The position numbers and the translations under genes were made by a program. Shown piece after piece: positions 36,741-46,178 of a DNA stretch of 53,391 nt. The notes below the pieces were generated by a model. That model was not told the origin of the DNA and did no database searches. It saw nothing but the letters and a program-made list of their open reading frames with translations. The stretch spans positions 1 to 53,391 of IMG/VR virus record IMGVR_UViG_3300047409_000788, one strand, 5' to 3'. This DNA comes from a virus. Lineage: Duplodnaviria; Caudoviricetes. Within the stretch, counting starts at the first letter, position 1. Every line of letters starts with the position of its first letter.

Positions 36741-37282
36741 TGAAGCGAGAGCGGCCCTTATCTCCGAAGCAGCAACGATTTATCGATGAGTATTTGGTGG
36801 ATTTAAACGCGACCCAGGCCTACCAGCGTGCTGGGTATCACGGTACTGGGAATGGAGCCGAAGTCAATGCGCATCGTTTACTAAGGAGCGCTAAGGTTGC
36901 GGCAGCTATCCATGCGGCACAAGTGGCCCGCTCCCACCGCACCCATATTACCCAAGATGCCGTCCTGCATGAGATTGCCCTCCTCCAACATTCCGACGTG
37001 ACCCACTACCAGGTTGACGATTACGGCAATGTGACCTTAGCTGCCAGCGCTCCCCCGGAGGCCATGCGGGCGGTGGCGAGTCTCCGGAAGAAAATCGTGC
37101 ATACCGAGGCGGGCATCAGCTACGAAACCGAACTGAAACTCTGGAATAAGCCGGCAGCCTTGCGCATGGGCGGGGACCATTTGGGCTTGTTTAAGAAAGG
37201 CGAGGGATTACAAGAGTTGGGCGCGGGATTGGCGGCCTTGTTAGCCGCAGCAGGCGCCCAGAAGAACGTCGAAGACCCTTGA
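36740..37282 (+). CDS. terS: Terminase small subunit
   Basis: LSPKQQRFIDEYLVDLNATQAYQRAGY, HLGLF. Confidence 0.92.
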   Translation: MKRERPLSPKQQRFIDEYLVDLNATQAYQRAGYHGTGNGAEVNAHRLLRSAKVAAAIHAAQVARSHRTHITQDAVLHEIALLQHSDVTHYQVDDYGNVTLAASAPPEAMRAVASLRKKIVHTEAGISYETELKLWNKPAALRMGGDHLGLFKKGEGLQELGAGLAALLAAAGAQKNVEDP

Positions 37283-37292
37283 GTGAGCGTGT

Positions 37293-38747
37293 ATGTCCGT
37301 CACCACACCGTCCCCGCCGCATCTGGAAGAGTATCTGGCGTTGCGCCAACTCTGGAAAGACGCGCCACGCCTCTACGTCAAGCAACGCTTTGGCGTGACA
37401 CCGACGTCGCAGCAGTATCAAATTCTTGATGCGATTGTGCCGCCTGGCGCGAAGGTGACGGTGCGGAGCGGGCATCTGACCGGCAAAAGCTCGGCAGCCT
37501 CATGGATCATTTTTTGGTTTTTAGAGACGTTTGACTTCTCGCGCATCCCATGCACCGCACCATCGGCTCACCAACTCACCGATGTGCTGTGGGCTGAATT
37601 GTCCAAGTGGCGCCGGGCCGCTGATGCATTGAGTGCCCAGCGGAAGGACCCCCGTAGGTTCTGGCTTTCTGCCCTGTTTACCTTGACGACCGAAAGCTTG
37701 TATGATCCTGGGGCCCGGGAATGGGGTGCGGTGGCCCGCACCGCCAAAAAGGAAAACCCCGAAGCGTTGCAGGGCATGCACGCCGAGCATATCTTATATG
37801 TGATCGATGAGGCATCCGGCGTCCCCGAGGAAGTGTATGAAGCGGCAGAAGGGGCGCTGGCGTCTCAGAACGCCCGCGTGCTGATGCTCGGCAACCCGAC
37901 CCGTACCACGGGCACGTTTCATGCCTCCCATCATCAAAACCGTCGGGAATATACGCCCCTCCATTTTCGCTCGCAGGATTCGACGCTCCCGACGGCAGAC
38001 CCGGATTACCGGCCCCGCCTCGTCCGCAAGTGGGGCGAAGGGTCGAACGTGGTCCGCGTCCGCGCCGACGGAGAGTTTCCCCGTCAAGAGGATGACGTCC
38101 TCATCTCCCTGGATCATACAGAGCCGTGCACCACGCGCGAGCCCCGGCCGGGGGAGGGCCGGCGGCGGCTGGGCGTGGACGTCGCCCGGCAGGGGAGCGA
38201 TCGCAGCGTCCTGGTCTTGCGCCACGGCGGCGTGGTGGAGCATATCCAGATTTTCAGCAAGCAAGACACGATGCACACCGTGGGCTGTATTGTCGCGGTC
38301 CTGGCGCCCTGGCAGGTGGAAGAGGTCGACGTCGACGTGATTGGCCTCGGCGCCGGCGTCTATGACCGCCTCGCCGAGCTGAAGCGGCAGGGGGCGATCT
38401 CCTGTGCCGTGCTGGCCGTCAACGTGGCGCAGGAGGCCCCGCCGGTCCGCCATCCGGCCGATGCCAAGCCGCGCCTCCTCCGGGATTTTCTGTGGCTGGA
38501 AATGGCGCGCTGGCTGCGAGAGGAGAGCCCGGTGTTCACCGCCAGCGATCGGGAGGCATGCCAGGACCTGGCCGGGGAACTGGCCACGGTGAAGTTTCAC
38601 CTGGATAGCAACGGGTGCGTGGTGATTGAAGACAAGGATGCGATGAAAAAAAGGCTGGGGATGAGCCCCGATCTGGCCGATGCGCTCGGCTGCACCTTCT
38701 GTCCCCCGGCCCCGCGGGGGGGACCCATTGCGGTGAGAGGGTATTAA
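37293..38747 (+). CDS. terL: Terminase large subunit
   Basis: Walker A RSGHLTGKS, Walker B YVIDEA, GNP, nuclease LGVDVAR and SPDLADAL. Confidence 0.92.
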   Translation: MSVTTPSPPHLEEYLALRQLWKDAPRLYVKQRFGVTPTSQQYQILDAIVPPGAKVTVRSGHLTGKSSAASWIIFWFLETFDFSRIPCTAPSAHQLTDVLWAELSKWRRAADALSAQRKDPRRFWLSALFTLTTESLYDPGAREWGAVARTAKKENPEALQGMHAEHILYVIDEASGVPEEVYEAAEGALASQNARVLMLGNPTRTTGTFHASHHQNRREYTPLHFRSQDSTLPTADPDYRPRLVRKWGEGSNVVRVRADGEFPRQEDDVLISLDHTEPCTTREPRPGEGRRRLGVDVARQGSDRSVLVLRHGGVVEHIQIFSKQDTMHTVGCIVAVLAPWQVEEVDVDVIGLGAGVYDRLAELKRQGAISCAVLAVNVAQEAPPVRHPADAKPRLLRDFLWLEMARWLREESPVFTASDREACQDLAGELATVKFHLDSNGCVVIEDKDAMKKRLGMSPDLADALGCTFCPPAPRGGPIAVRGY

Positions 38748-38751
38748 CGCC

Positions 38752-40206
38752 ATGCCCGTCGATAGTCAACACCCCGCGTATGTCCGCTATTTTCCCCAAT
38801 GGCAACGCTGTCGGGATGTCATGGAAGGCACCGACGCGGTGAAGGGCCGGGCGACCGGGGACCAGGCCGTGCCGCATGGCAGTGGCACGGCCTACTTGCC
38901 GCAACCAAGTGGGATGCAGGCGAGGGACTATCAAGCCTATAAGACCAGGGCGGCGTTCTTTGGGGCCAGTGGCCGCGTGCGGCAAGGGCTGGAAGGTCTC
39001 ATCGAACGCAAACCGCCCGCCATCGTCGTTCCGCAGATGATTGAAGCGCATCTAGCCGATATTACGGGAACGGGGGTCAGCCTCCACGCCCTGAGTAGCC
39101 ATCTGATTACCGAGCATTTGACGACGGGGCGGATTGGGATTCTGGTGGACTTGCCCGAAGAGGACCAGGTGGCCGGGCAGGTGCGGCCGCGCTGGACGCT
39201 CGCGACCGCGGAGCAACTTATCAATTGGCGCCACATGCGGACCCCACTCGGCACGCAGGTCTATCGGCAAGTGGTCTTCGAAGAAGAGATCGACGAGGAA
39301 GACCCCACCGATCCCTATCGCCATCTCGTCATCCCGCAATGGCGGGAAACGGTCTTGGAAGACGGACACTATACCGTGCGCATTTGGCGCAAGGTCCAGG
39401 GCGTGACGGGGGAGACGTTTCTCCTCCGCGATGAGCGCCACCCCCATCGCCGGGGGACCCCGCTTGCGGCGCTCCCGGTCTTTATCCTCAACGCGGATTC
39501 GCTCGATATGACGCTCGGGCCGCCGCCGCTCTTGGATGTGGTGGATTTGAACCTGGCCCATTATCGGACGAACGCCGACTTTAAACATTCGCTGCACATG
39601 TCTTCCCTAGCCACGGCCTACATCACGGGTTGGGAGAATGAAGAGGCAGAAATGCGGGTGGGGGCCCTCACGGCGTGGGTGATTCCCCCCGCCGACGCCC
39701 GGGTGGGGTACCTCGAACCTTCCGGCGCGGGCTGGCAGGGGATGCAGGACGATATGCGCGCCACGGAGGCCCAAATGGCCGTATTGGGGGCGCGGCTCCT
39801 CGAACCGCAACGGCGGACGATCGAAGCGGCGGAAACGCATCAAATCCGGCAATCGGCCGAGCTGAGTATCATGGAAGCCTATGCGCTGGCCGCGTCGGCC
39901 CTCATCACCAAGGCGCTGCGGTGCCACGCCTGGTGGGCCGGGGCGACCGACGACCCCGACGATGCGGGCATTACCTTTACGCTCAATACCGATTTCCTCC
40001 CGACGACCATTGATGCCCCCACGCTGACGGCGTTGACCGCGGCCTGGCAGGCCGGCGCGGTGACCCAAGAAGACCTCTATTATAACCTGGTGCGCGGCAA
40101 TGTGGTCCAGCCGGGGGTGCCGTTTGCCGAGTGGCAGCGCACCCTCCAGGCGCAAGTGCCCGCGATTGACCCCCGCACGCTGGTCCCGGGCGCGCAGGAG
40201 TTCTAG
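38752..40206 (+). CDS. Portal protein (DUF4055-like)
   Basis: HPAY..W..G..VK, YLP, GRIGILVD, PPLLD..LNLAHYR..AD. Confidence 0.85.
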   Translation: MPVDSQHPAYVRYFPQWQRCRDVMEGTDAVKGRATGDQAVPHGSGTAYLPQPSGMQARDYQAYKTRAAFFGASGRVRQGLEGLIERKPPAIVVPQMIEAHLADITGTGVSLHALSSHLITEHLTTGRIGILVDLPEEDQVAGQVRPRWTLATAEQLINWRHMRTPLGTQVYRQVVFEEEIDEEDPTDPYRHLVIPQWRETVLEDGHYTVRIWRKVQGVTGETFLLRDERHPHRRGTPLAALPVFILNADSLDMTLGPPPLLDVVDLNLAHYRTNADFKHSLHMSSLATAYITGWENEEAEMRVGALTAWVIPPADARVGYLEPSGAGWQGMQDDMRATEAQMAVLGARLLEPQRRTIEAAETHQIRQSAELSIMEAYALAASALITKALRCHAWWAGATDDPDDAGITFTLNTDFLPTTIDAPTLTALTAAWQAGAVTQEDLYYNLVRGNVVQPGVPFAEWQRTLQAQVPAIDPRTLVPGAQEF

Positions 40207-40210
40207 CGCC

Positions 40211-41206
40211 ATGCCCTTTCGCGTCACGTTCACCTATCAGCCCGCGCCCGCGGCCCGCCCCCCGGACCCGCGGCGGGCCGCCCTGGTCCTCCGGCTCCAG
40301 GCCCTCGCAGATCGGGCCACGACCCGCCTCCGCCAGCTCTGGCAGGGCGTCTTGACGGACCTGCACAGCGAGGGGAAGGGAATAGGGAATAGGGAGATAG
40401 GGAATAGGGAGATAGGGGGCGGGGGGAATCTCTCCCTACCTCCCTACCTCCCTACCTCCCTACCTCCCTCTTTCCCTTCCCCCCCGCTGACGGAACAAGG
40501 GGTGACCGGGATCATCGCCGCCGCCCTGACCCAGCCGGCGCAACGGCTCCTGCCGGTGGTGCTGGAGGAGGCGGTGGTGCGTGCGGGAACGCAGACCCTG
40601 GCCACGCTGGGCGTGGCCCTGCCCTTGCAGCCGGGGACGGCGGCGGTCCACCAGGCGATCGATGCGTATGTCGGGACGCAAATTCAGGCCATTAGCGAGA
40701 CGACCCGCGAGGCGATCCGCGCGGTCTTACAGACGGGATGGCAGACGGGCCAGCCGCTGGCGGAGGTCACGCGCGCGGTGCAGGCCGTCCTCGGGCTGAC
40801 CCCGCGCCAGGCCCAAACAGTCGCCCGGCTTCAGGCGCGGCTCACGGCGGAGGGGCGCACGCCCCTCCAGATTCAGCGGGCGGTCGCGACCGCCAGTCGG
40901 GTGGCGCTGCGCCAGCGGGCGTTGCAAATTGCCCGCACCGAAGCGCAGTATGCCAGCAATCTCGGGAGCCATCTCGCCCTCCTGCGGAGCGTGGACGCGG
41001 GGCTCCTGGACGCCCAGGCGGTGCGCCGGGTGTGGACGACGGCCGTCGATGAAGCCCTCTGCCCGGACTGTGCGCCGGTGCCGAGCATGAATCCGGACGG
41101 CGTGGGGGTGCAGGAGCCGTTTCATACGCCGCTCGGGGACACGCTGTTTCCCCCGCTCCATACAAATTGCCGCTGCGTGGCAGATACCATCTTTGCCTCG
41201 CAGTGA
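40211..41206 (+). CDS. Minor head protein (Mu gpF-like) carrying an in-frame repeat insertion
   Basis: RALQIARTE, W..D..C..C, PPLHTNCRC. Confidence 0.85.
   Translation: MPFRVTFTYQPAPAARPPDPRRAALVLRLQALADRATTRLRQLWQGVLTDLHSEGKGIGNREIGNREIGGGGNLSLPPYLPTSLPPSFPSPPLTEQGVTGIIAAALTQPAQRLLPVVLEEAVVRAGTQTLATLGVALPLQPGTAAVHQAIDAYVGTQIQAISETTREAIRAVLQTGWQTGQPLAEVTRAVQAVLGLTPRQAQTVARLQARLTAEGRTPLQIQRAVATASRVALRQRALQIARTEAQYASNLGSHLALLRSVDAGLLDAQAVRRVWTTAVDEALCPDCAPVPSMNPDGVGVQEPFHTPLGDTLFPPLHTNCRCVADTIFASQ
40372..40486. repeat. Purine/pyrimidine-asymmetric short-tandem-repeat hairpin element, copy 2 (inside the gpF-like gene)
   Basis: AGGGAAT/AGGGAGAT units followed by (CTCCCTAC)x4. Confidence 0.75.
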
Positions 41207-41219
41207 GGAGACGAATGTC

Positions 41220-41459
41220 ATGAGTGACGTCCCCCTTGCGCCGTGTCTGCTCTGCCATGCAACCACCTCGCTCACGGTGCAGGCCGCCCGTGATCCCTTC
41301 TTCGGGACCGCCGCCGTCCCGGAGGGCGTCTCTCCGGCAGGGTGGGCCGTGCGGTGTACCGCGTGTGCCCTCCGTGGTCCCTGGCGCGCCACGGCGGCCG
41401 CCGCCCGCCAGGTCTGGAATGTACAGGTGGCCCCCAAAACCATAGACAAGGAGGAGTGA
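41220..41459 (+). CDS. Lar-like zinc-ribbon protein
   Basis: LAPCLLC..V.CTAC..GP..A..WN. Confidence 0.6.
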   Translation: MSDVPLAPCLLCHATTSLTVQAARDPFFGTAAVPEGVSPAGWAVRCTACALRGPWRATAAAARQVWNVQVAPKTIDKEE

Positions 41460-41462
41460 GCC

Positions 41463-42236
41463 ATGGCCCTCAAAGGGTCGTTTGACCATCCGGATGATGC
41501 CCCAGAGTTTTTACGAGACCATGTCGTCGAGAAAGAGGGGAAATGGGTGCTCGATGTTGAGGGTTATGTCAGCAAGGAGACCCTCGACTCGTTTCGGACG
41601 AATAACCGCCAACTGAAGAATGAAGGGGATAAGCTGAAAAAAGACCTCGAACTCCTGCACAAACAATTCACCGACACGGAGACGCGCTATGCGGGCGTGG
41701 ACCCGGAGGAATATCGGGCGATGAAGGCCGCCCCAACGGATGTACAGAAACAGATTGCGGAAGCCGAGGCGCGGCTCAAAGCGAGCTATGAGAAAACCTA
41801 TGGGGAACAGTTCGCCCGCGAACAAGCGCGCACCAAAGAAGCCGAGGCCAAATTCCATCACGCCCTCATCGCCAACGAGGTCGCCCTGGCGGCGCCGGGC
41901 GTGGGGGTCCAGGAGACCGCCCTGGAAGACCTCCAGACCCGCGCGTCCCGCGTCTTCCGCGTCACCGAGGGCAAGGTGGTCCCCTTCCGAGGGGAAGACC
42001 CGCTGTATAGCGAGAAAGAGCCCTCGCAATTTCTCAGTATGAAAGAATGGCTGGGGGGCTTGCAAAAAGAGTATCCCCACTATTTCAAACCGAGTGCGGG
42101 CGGCGGCGCCGGCGGCGGCTTGGGGGGCCGCAGCCAGAACGGCCGGCCCGTTATCCCGGCGAGCGATCAACGCGCCTTCATTGCCCGGCTGGAGGATATC
42201 GCCTCGGGCAAGGTCGAGGTCGATCTGAACGCCTAA
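41463..42236 (+). CDS. Head scaffolding protein
   Basis: GKWVLDVEG, coiled coil, YFKPSAGGGAGG C-terminus; follows portal and gpF-like genes. Confidence 0.75.
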   Translation: MALKGSFDHPDDAPEFLRDHVVEKEGKWVLDVEGYVSKETLDSFRTNNRQLKNEGDKLKKDLELLHKQFTDTETRYAGVDPEEYRAMKAAPTDVQKQIAEAEARLKASYEKTYGEQFAREQARTKEAEAKFHHALIANEVALAAPGVGVQETALEDLQTRASRVFRVTEGKVVPFRGEDPLYSEKEPSQFLSMKEWLGGLQKEYPHYFKPSAGGGAGGGLGGRSQNGRPVIPASDQRAFIARLEDIASGKVEVDLNA

Positions 42237-42266
42237 GCGCCGGGCGGCGGCCTGGGGCGGCTGGCG

Positions 42267-42294
42267 TTGACATGATGAACGACTAGGTTATACT
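42267..42294 (+). promoter_or_regulatory. Near-consensus sigma70 promoter, probably leaderless
   Basis: TTGACA-16nt-TATACT, 6 nt before ATG 42301. Confidence 0.7.
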
Positions 42295-42300
42295 GAGGCT

Positions 42301-42639
42301 ATGACAGAACATCATCTCCACATTCACCTCGACGTATTCGCCCTCGCTGAGGAGCTACGTCAAGGCTTTGCGCAACTGACCACCACCCTGACAAGACTAG
42401 GAGAGCATATGAGTGACGCTGCCGACGCGTTGACCGCTGCCGTGACGGGCATGCAAGAGCGCCTCGATACGCTCAACACCACGATCCAAACCGAAGTGCA
42501 GCAAATTACCGCGGCCCTGACCACTGCCGGCACGGATCAGGCGCTGCGGGATGCCGCGGCCCTGGCGGTCGACCGGCTCAACGCCATGGGCCAGCAGGTG
42601 GACGCGTTTAATACCACGGTCCAGGATATCATCGCATGA
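42301..42639 (+). CDS. Coiled-coil hypothetical protein
   Basis: Heptad pattern; alternative RBS-preceded ATG at about 42409. Confidence 0.55.
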   Translation: MTEHHLHIHLDVFALAEELRQGFAQLTTTLTRLGEHMSDAADALTAAVTGMQERLDTLNTTIQTEVQQITAALTTAGTDQALRDAAALAVDRLNAMGQQVDAFNTTVQDIIA

Positions 42640-42977
42640 CCTCCCCTGAGGCCATTCTCTCTGAAGAAGCCCTTGAACGCATTGGCTGGTTTGCCGCCCA
42701 AGCCAGCCAACCGCCCGTGTCCGTGATCCAGGTTCCTGATGACTATGACCCCGTCGAATGGTGCCAAGATGCGCTGTTGCGTACCGTAGGGGAGCGCTGT
42801 TACGGGGTGGCCCTCGGCACAGCGGAGACGGTGCAAGGCGGGGTCGCTCTCATGACCGCCTTCACCGGCAATGGGTCGGCCAGTCTCGCCAATGCCAATT
42901 TCTATATGCTCTGCCATACGGCCATCCCCTTGCTGATCGAAGAGATACGGCGCTTGCGCCGCAAGAGCGATACGTAG
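42636..42977 (+). CDS. Phage hypothetical protein (ead/Ea22-like C-terminus)
   Basis: ANANF..IPLLIEEIRRLR; ATGA overlap with the upstream gene. Confidence 0.55.
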   Translation: MTSPEAILSEEALERIGWFAAQASQPPVSVIQVPDDYDPVEWCQDALLRTVGERCYGVALGTAETVQGGVALMTAFTGNGSASLANANFYMLCHTAIPLLIEEIRRLRRKSDT

Positions 42978-43149
42978 CAGCGGGCCGCGTTCATCAGCGT
43001 CCATGTTCGCTCCTTCTAGGGGGCCGTACGGCCCCCGTGGGGTGGGTTAGTCGTACACGAGATAGGCTTTCCGGCACACGACGTGCGTTCTTGAAGTGGG
43101 TGATACGGTATCGCACCATATAATAGCATGCCGCAAGAGAAAGGCCCCC

Positions 43150-43467
43150 ATGCCCAAATTTCAGATTGATGCGTGTTCCCCCATCCACGAATGCCTTCCG
43201 CTCTGTCGTGCGGACGAGCATATGTATTTGCTTCACATTGATAAGGACTGTCGCTATGGGGAACAGGACGTGCTGGCGGCGGCAAAGACCCCGGAGCTGA
43301 CGGCATTTATGGGCATAACGCCACGACGGGTACGTCGGGCACTCGAAGCGGATAAGATGTCCACAGATGCGCCAGACCCGCAACGGTACCAAGAGGCGTG
43401 GCTCGTCTTTGGGGTCTTGGTCTCCACCTGTAAGCAACTGCTGCCAGGAGAGGATGCGTCTCTGTGA
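43150..43467 (+). CDS. Hypothetical protein
   Basis: RBS AAGG; coupled to the next gene. Confidence 0.45.
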   Translation: MPKFQIDACSPIHECLPLCRADEHMYLLHIDKDCRYGEQDVLAAAKTPELTAFMGITPRRVRRALEADKMSTDAPDPQRYQEAWLVFGVLVSTCKQLLPGEDASL

Positions 43468-43694
43468 CCCCACAACAGGCCTTCGTCAAGCTCGAAATTG
43501 CCATCCCCTTCGCGCTATGGCACACATGGGACACGGATGAGGGGCTGTTGGCAACCCTCCAAGCCCATGGGCTGTTCCCGCAGGGGATCGACCGTCGTGC
43601 CTGGACCTATCGCACACGCGTCGACGGCGCCAACCAGACCTACATTGTGGCACTCGCCGTCGGCTTCCCGCTGCCAGCCAAGGCGCAGGTATGA
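43464..43694 (+). CDS. Hypothetical protein
   Basis: RBS GGAGAGG; GTGA overlap. Confidence 0.5.
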   Translation: MTPQQAFVKLEIAIPFALWHTWDTDEGLLATLQAHGLFPQGIDRRAWTYRTRVDGANQTYIVALAVGFPLPAKAQV

Positions 43695-43736
43695 AGCCGC
43701 TCCCGGCGGCTGGGCTTTCGCTAGAGCGAAGTGTCA

Positions 43737-44012
43737 CTATTGGAGGCAGAGCGGGCATCCATCCCCATCGACGCTCTTGGCCGTACTGGCCTCTAAGAGC
43801 CGGTCACTCCATTGTCGCGCCAGACACGCCGAGCCCTCCCGCCCGACAACCCCCAGAGGGTAGACACTAGCGTGCAGAATCTCTTCCTCGGTCACCGCTG
43901 GCCAGCAGCGGCGCACATCGGCGATGGTCAATGGCTCCCGATAGGTCGTCAACCACGTGACAACAGCCTCGATCGCTTCCTGCGCGTGGGCAACGGTGTG
44001 AATGCAGGCCAT
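43737..44012 (-). CDS. Early-region hypothetical protein
   Basis: Hairpin plus RBS AGGAGG. Confidence 0.55.
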   Translation of the reverse strand: MACIHTVAHAQEAIEAVVTWLTTYREPLTIADVRRCWPAVTEEEILHASVYPLGVVGREGSACLARQWSDRLLEASTAKSVDGDGCPLCLQ

Positions 44013-44069
44013 ACTGGCTCCTCCTGCGGGGGCGCAGCCCCCGGGTGGTGGTTTCGCCGATGAAGCTGG

Positions 44070-44273
44070 TTACTCTTGCTCTGTATCGACAGACTCGATT
44101 TCCGTACTATCGACCGCAAATAGGATGGCGTCTCTGCCATTCTTCCTCGTGGGATATTCAGCCGTCAAGCCCTGGTCAAGGGAGCCATAGACGTAGACCA
44201 GGGTGCCGATGGCGAAGTGACGACCCTCGTCAGTGTCAATGGGCTTCGTGAGGCGCATAGGGTGCTTGTTCAT
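44070..44273 (-). CDS. Early-region hypothetical protein
   Basis: RBS AGGAG. Confidence 0.55.
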   Translation of the reverse strand: MNKHPMRLTKPIDTDEGRHFAIGTLVYVYGSLDQGLTAEYPTRKNGRDAILFAVDSTEIESVDTEQE

Positions 44274-44350
44274 GATCGTTCTCCTGTGTGTGGGGCCGCA
44301 CGGGCGTCAGGACGCGTACACGTCATTTCGTGTACGCGAAAGGACGGCGG

Positions 44351-44569
44351 CTAATAGTGGTTGCTCTCCTCGCCGAGCGCTTCTCGCACCGCATGGGCTC
44401 GGATACGCTCGGCGGTCTCGTCGGTCCAGAGCTCGAGGCACACCCCGCATTCCCATACCGGCAAAACAAGATGAAGCGTGGGACCACCGAGCAGCGGGAT
44501 CGCCTGCTCACGGTGGGTCACGGTTGCCTCATTACACGTGCCACAGAATGGACACACTATTGTTGCCAT
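44351..44569 (-). CDS. YgiT/MqsA-type zinc finger protein
   Basis: CPFC..VLPVWECGVC.E. Confidence 0.65.
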   Translation of the reverse strand: MATIVCPFCGTCNEATVTHREQAIPLLGGPTLHLVLPVWECGVCLELWTDETAERIRAHAVREALGEESNHY

Positions 44570-44582
44570 GGCCTTCCTCCTT

Positions 44583-44615
44583 TGTGTGTAAGGGGGAGCA
44601 GCCTCCCTGCTCCCC
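44583..44615. repeat. 33-bp direct repeat copy 1 (hairpin immediately upstream of an RBS)
   Basis: TGTGTGTAAGGGGGAGCAGCCTCCCTGCTCCCC identical to 45061-45093. Confidence 0.9.
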
Positions 44616-44625
44616 CGGTGGCGGC

Positions 44626-44823
44626 TCAGGCGCCCTCGCGCGCCTGTCTGCCTTCGTGTTTGCCGTGCCAGTAGGCGAGCCACCACTGGCTCTCGTCCTC
44701 GACCTCCTCGGGCACATCCGGCGTGTGCCCAGCCTCCTCGACCGGCCCTTCGAGGGCCTCGACATAGCCCAGGCGGTAGGCCTGCGGATAGGCGGCGCAG
44801 CTCGTACAGTGGGGCTCAGGCAT
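44626..44823 (-). CDS. Small hypothetical protein
   Basis: AYRLGY..AYWHGK; overlaps the upstream stop. Confidence 0.5.
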   Translation of the reverse strand: MPEPHCTSCAAYPQAYRLGYVEALEGPVEEAGHTPDVPEEVEDESQWWLAYWHGKHEGRQAREGA

Positions 44824-45046
44824 GGCAGTCACCGTCACAGACCGTGTGGCAGCGTGGGCAGAGCGTCCCCGTCACGACCGGGCGCACGAGCCGCCAGCCG
44901 TACACGCCGGGGGCGCGGAGCATCGCCTGCGCCTGGGCGGTGTCAGGCAGTGTCCAGGTGCGACCGTCGAAACGGCCCCCCACCTTGCGAGCGTTGGCGA
45001 CGCCCCTGGAAAACATCTGGCCGCTGGCTATCGTAATGGTGGCCAT
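44816..45046 (-). CDS. Small Cys-rich hypothetical protein
   Basis: RBS GAGGAG; CPRCHTVCDGDC. Confidence 0.55.
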   Translation of the reverse strand: MATITIASGQMFSRGVANARKVGGRFDGRTWTLPDTAQAQAMLRAPGVYGWRLVRPVVTGTLCPRCHTVCDGDCHA

Positions 45047-45060
45047 CCTCGTCTCTCCTC

Positions 45061-45093
45061 TGTGTGTAAGGGGGAGCAGCCTCCCTGCTCCCC
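45061..45093. repeat. 33-bp direct repeat copy 2
   Basis: Identical to 44583-44615. Confidence 0.9.
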
Positions 45094-45100
45094 AGTGGCG

Positions 45101-45748
45101 TTACCGGCCTTTGCACCACCCCTCAGCGGTCTTGTGGGACCACCAGGAGCGGCCGTCCTTCCCCTGATTCAGTTTCATCGGCGTGGCGTGGGGGACACAC
45201 CACCCGTCCGGTGTCGGCTGGGCGCCGTGGGGCACGCTCGGCGGACTGGCCGGTGCCGCCGGCGTCTCCATCAGGCCCTCGATCTGGGTGAGGTGTGCCT
45301 GGAACTCCGCCCACGTGGTGCCGCGCGCCGTCAGCAGCGCGTCTCTGCCGCGCACGGTCCCTTTCAGCGTGATCGAGAACGTGGCTTCCGGCATCGACGC
45401 CGCCGTGCGAGGGGCGGGTGACGCCGTCGGCTCCTCCAGGCTGGGCGTCGTGCTGGGTTCCTGGAGCCGGGCGGTGGCCCGCAGGTACAGGCCGCGCGCC
45501 AGCCGATGCTTGCACAGGTGTTCGGGGGCCTGCAGGTCGCCACAGGCGCAATGCCCGTTGACGGTGTACCAGGTCGTGTCATCACTGGCGCGCACCTGGC
45601 ACAGGCCGGCATCGTCGAAGAAGACGCCGCCGTGCAGGACGATGGCGGTGGCCCGCTCTAAGCGGCCATGGAGCGTGGCCGGCAACTTGGCGGAAGCAAT
45701 CGCGGACACCTGCAAAAGTGCGTCGAGGAACGGGGTTGCGGTCGCCAC
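45101..45748 (-). CDS. SWIM zinc-finger protein
   Basis: Y.V..CACGD..CKHRLA; C-terminal C..H..WWSH..WC. Confidence 0.75.
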   Translation of the reverse strand: MATATPFLDALLQVSAIASAKLPATLHGRLERATAIVLHGGVFFDDAGLCQVRASDDTTWYTVNGHCACGDLQAPEHLCKHRLARGLYLRATARLQEPSTTPSLEEPTASPAPRTAASMPEATFSITLKGTVRGRDALLTARGTTWAEFQAHLTQIEGLMETPAAPASPPSVPHGAQPTPDGWCVPHATPMKLNQGKDGRSWWSHKTAEGWCKGR

Positions 45749-45828
45749 GGTCAGGTCCTTTCTCTGGGCCGGGGCTCTTCACCCCGGCATCGTTCGGTTG
45801 TCGAGCGTTCTCTTGTACTCATGATAGG

Positions 45829-46062
45829 CTACCGCAGGGCTGCCAGGGCCGCTGTCACTAATGCCTGCTGGGAGACGTTTTCCTGCAATCCGTATTCACT
45901 CCAACTCCAGCCGCGTCCCTCGTCCTGCCGCAGCGTGATGCTCTCGGCCACATACCGGGCGCGCTGCGCCGGCGTGGTGGTGTGGGTCATGGCCCGGCGG
46001 TGCAAACGCCGGGCCGCTGCAGCGGACTTGTCAGAGGAGATCGTCTCGTGTAAAGTATGCAT
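45829..46062 (-). CDS. Early-region hypothetical protein
   Basis: RBS AAGGA. Confidence 0.5.
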   Translation of the reverse strand: MHTLHETISSDKSAAAARRLHRRAMTHTTTPAQRARYVAESITLRQDEGRGWSWSEYGLQENVSQQALVTAALAALR

Positions 46063-46178
46063 GATCTTTTCCTTCTGGTTGGGGGGAAGGGTGCTTTTCG
46101 GGGCCTGGGGGAAGCCGCCAAGCTGAAACCCCCAGGCCCGCGCTGTCTCTCGTGGCTCATCCAACCTGACGCTCTGAT

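Noticed and set aside
42537-43004. Minus-strand ORF with hairpin and RBS, and a CTGATGA hammerhead-like core
   Set aside because: Overlaps a more convincing plus-strand gene; no GAAA or stems to complete a ribozyme
44583-45093. 33-bp palindromic repeats as a CRISPR array or att sites
   Set aside because: Only two copies 478 bp apart, separated by genes and tied to RBSs; no cas or integrase gene in view
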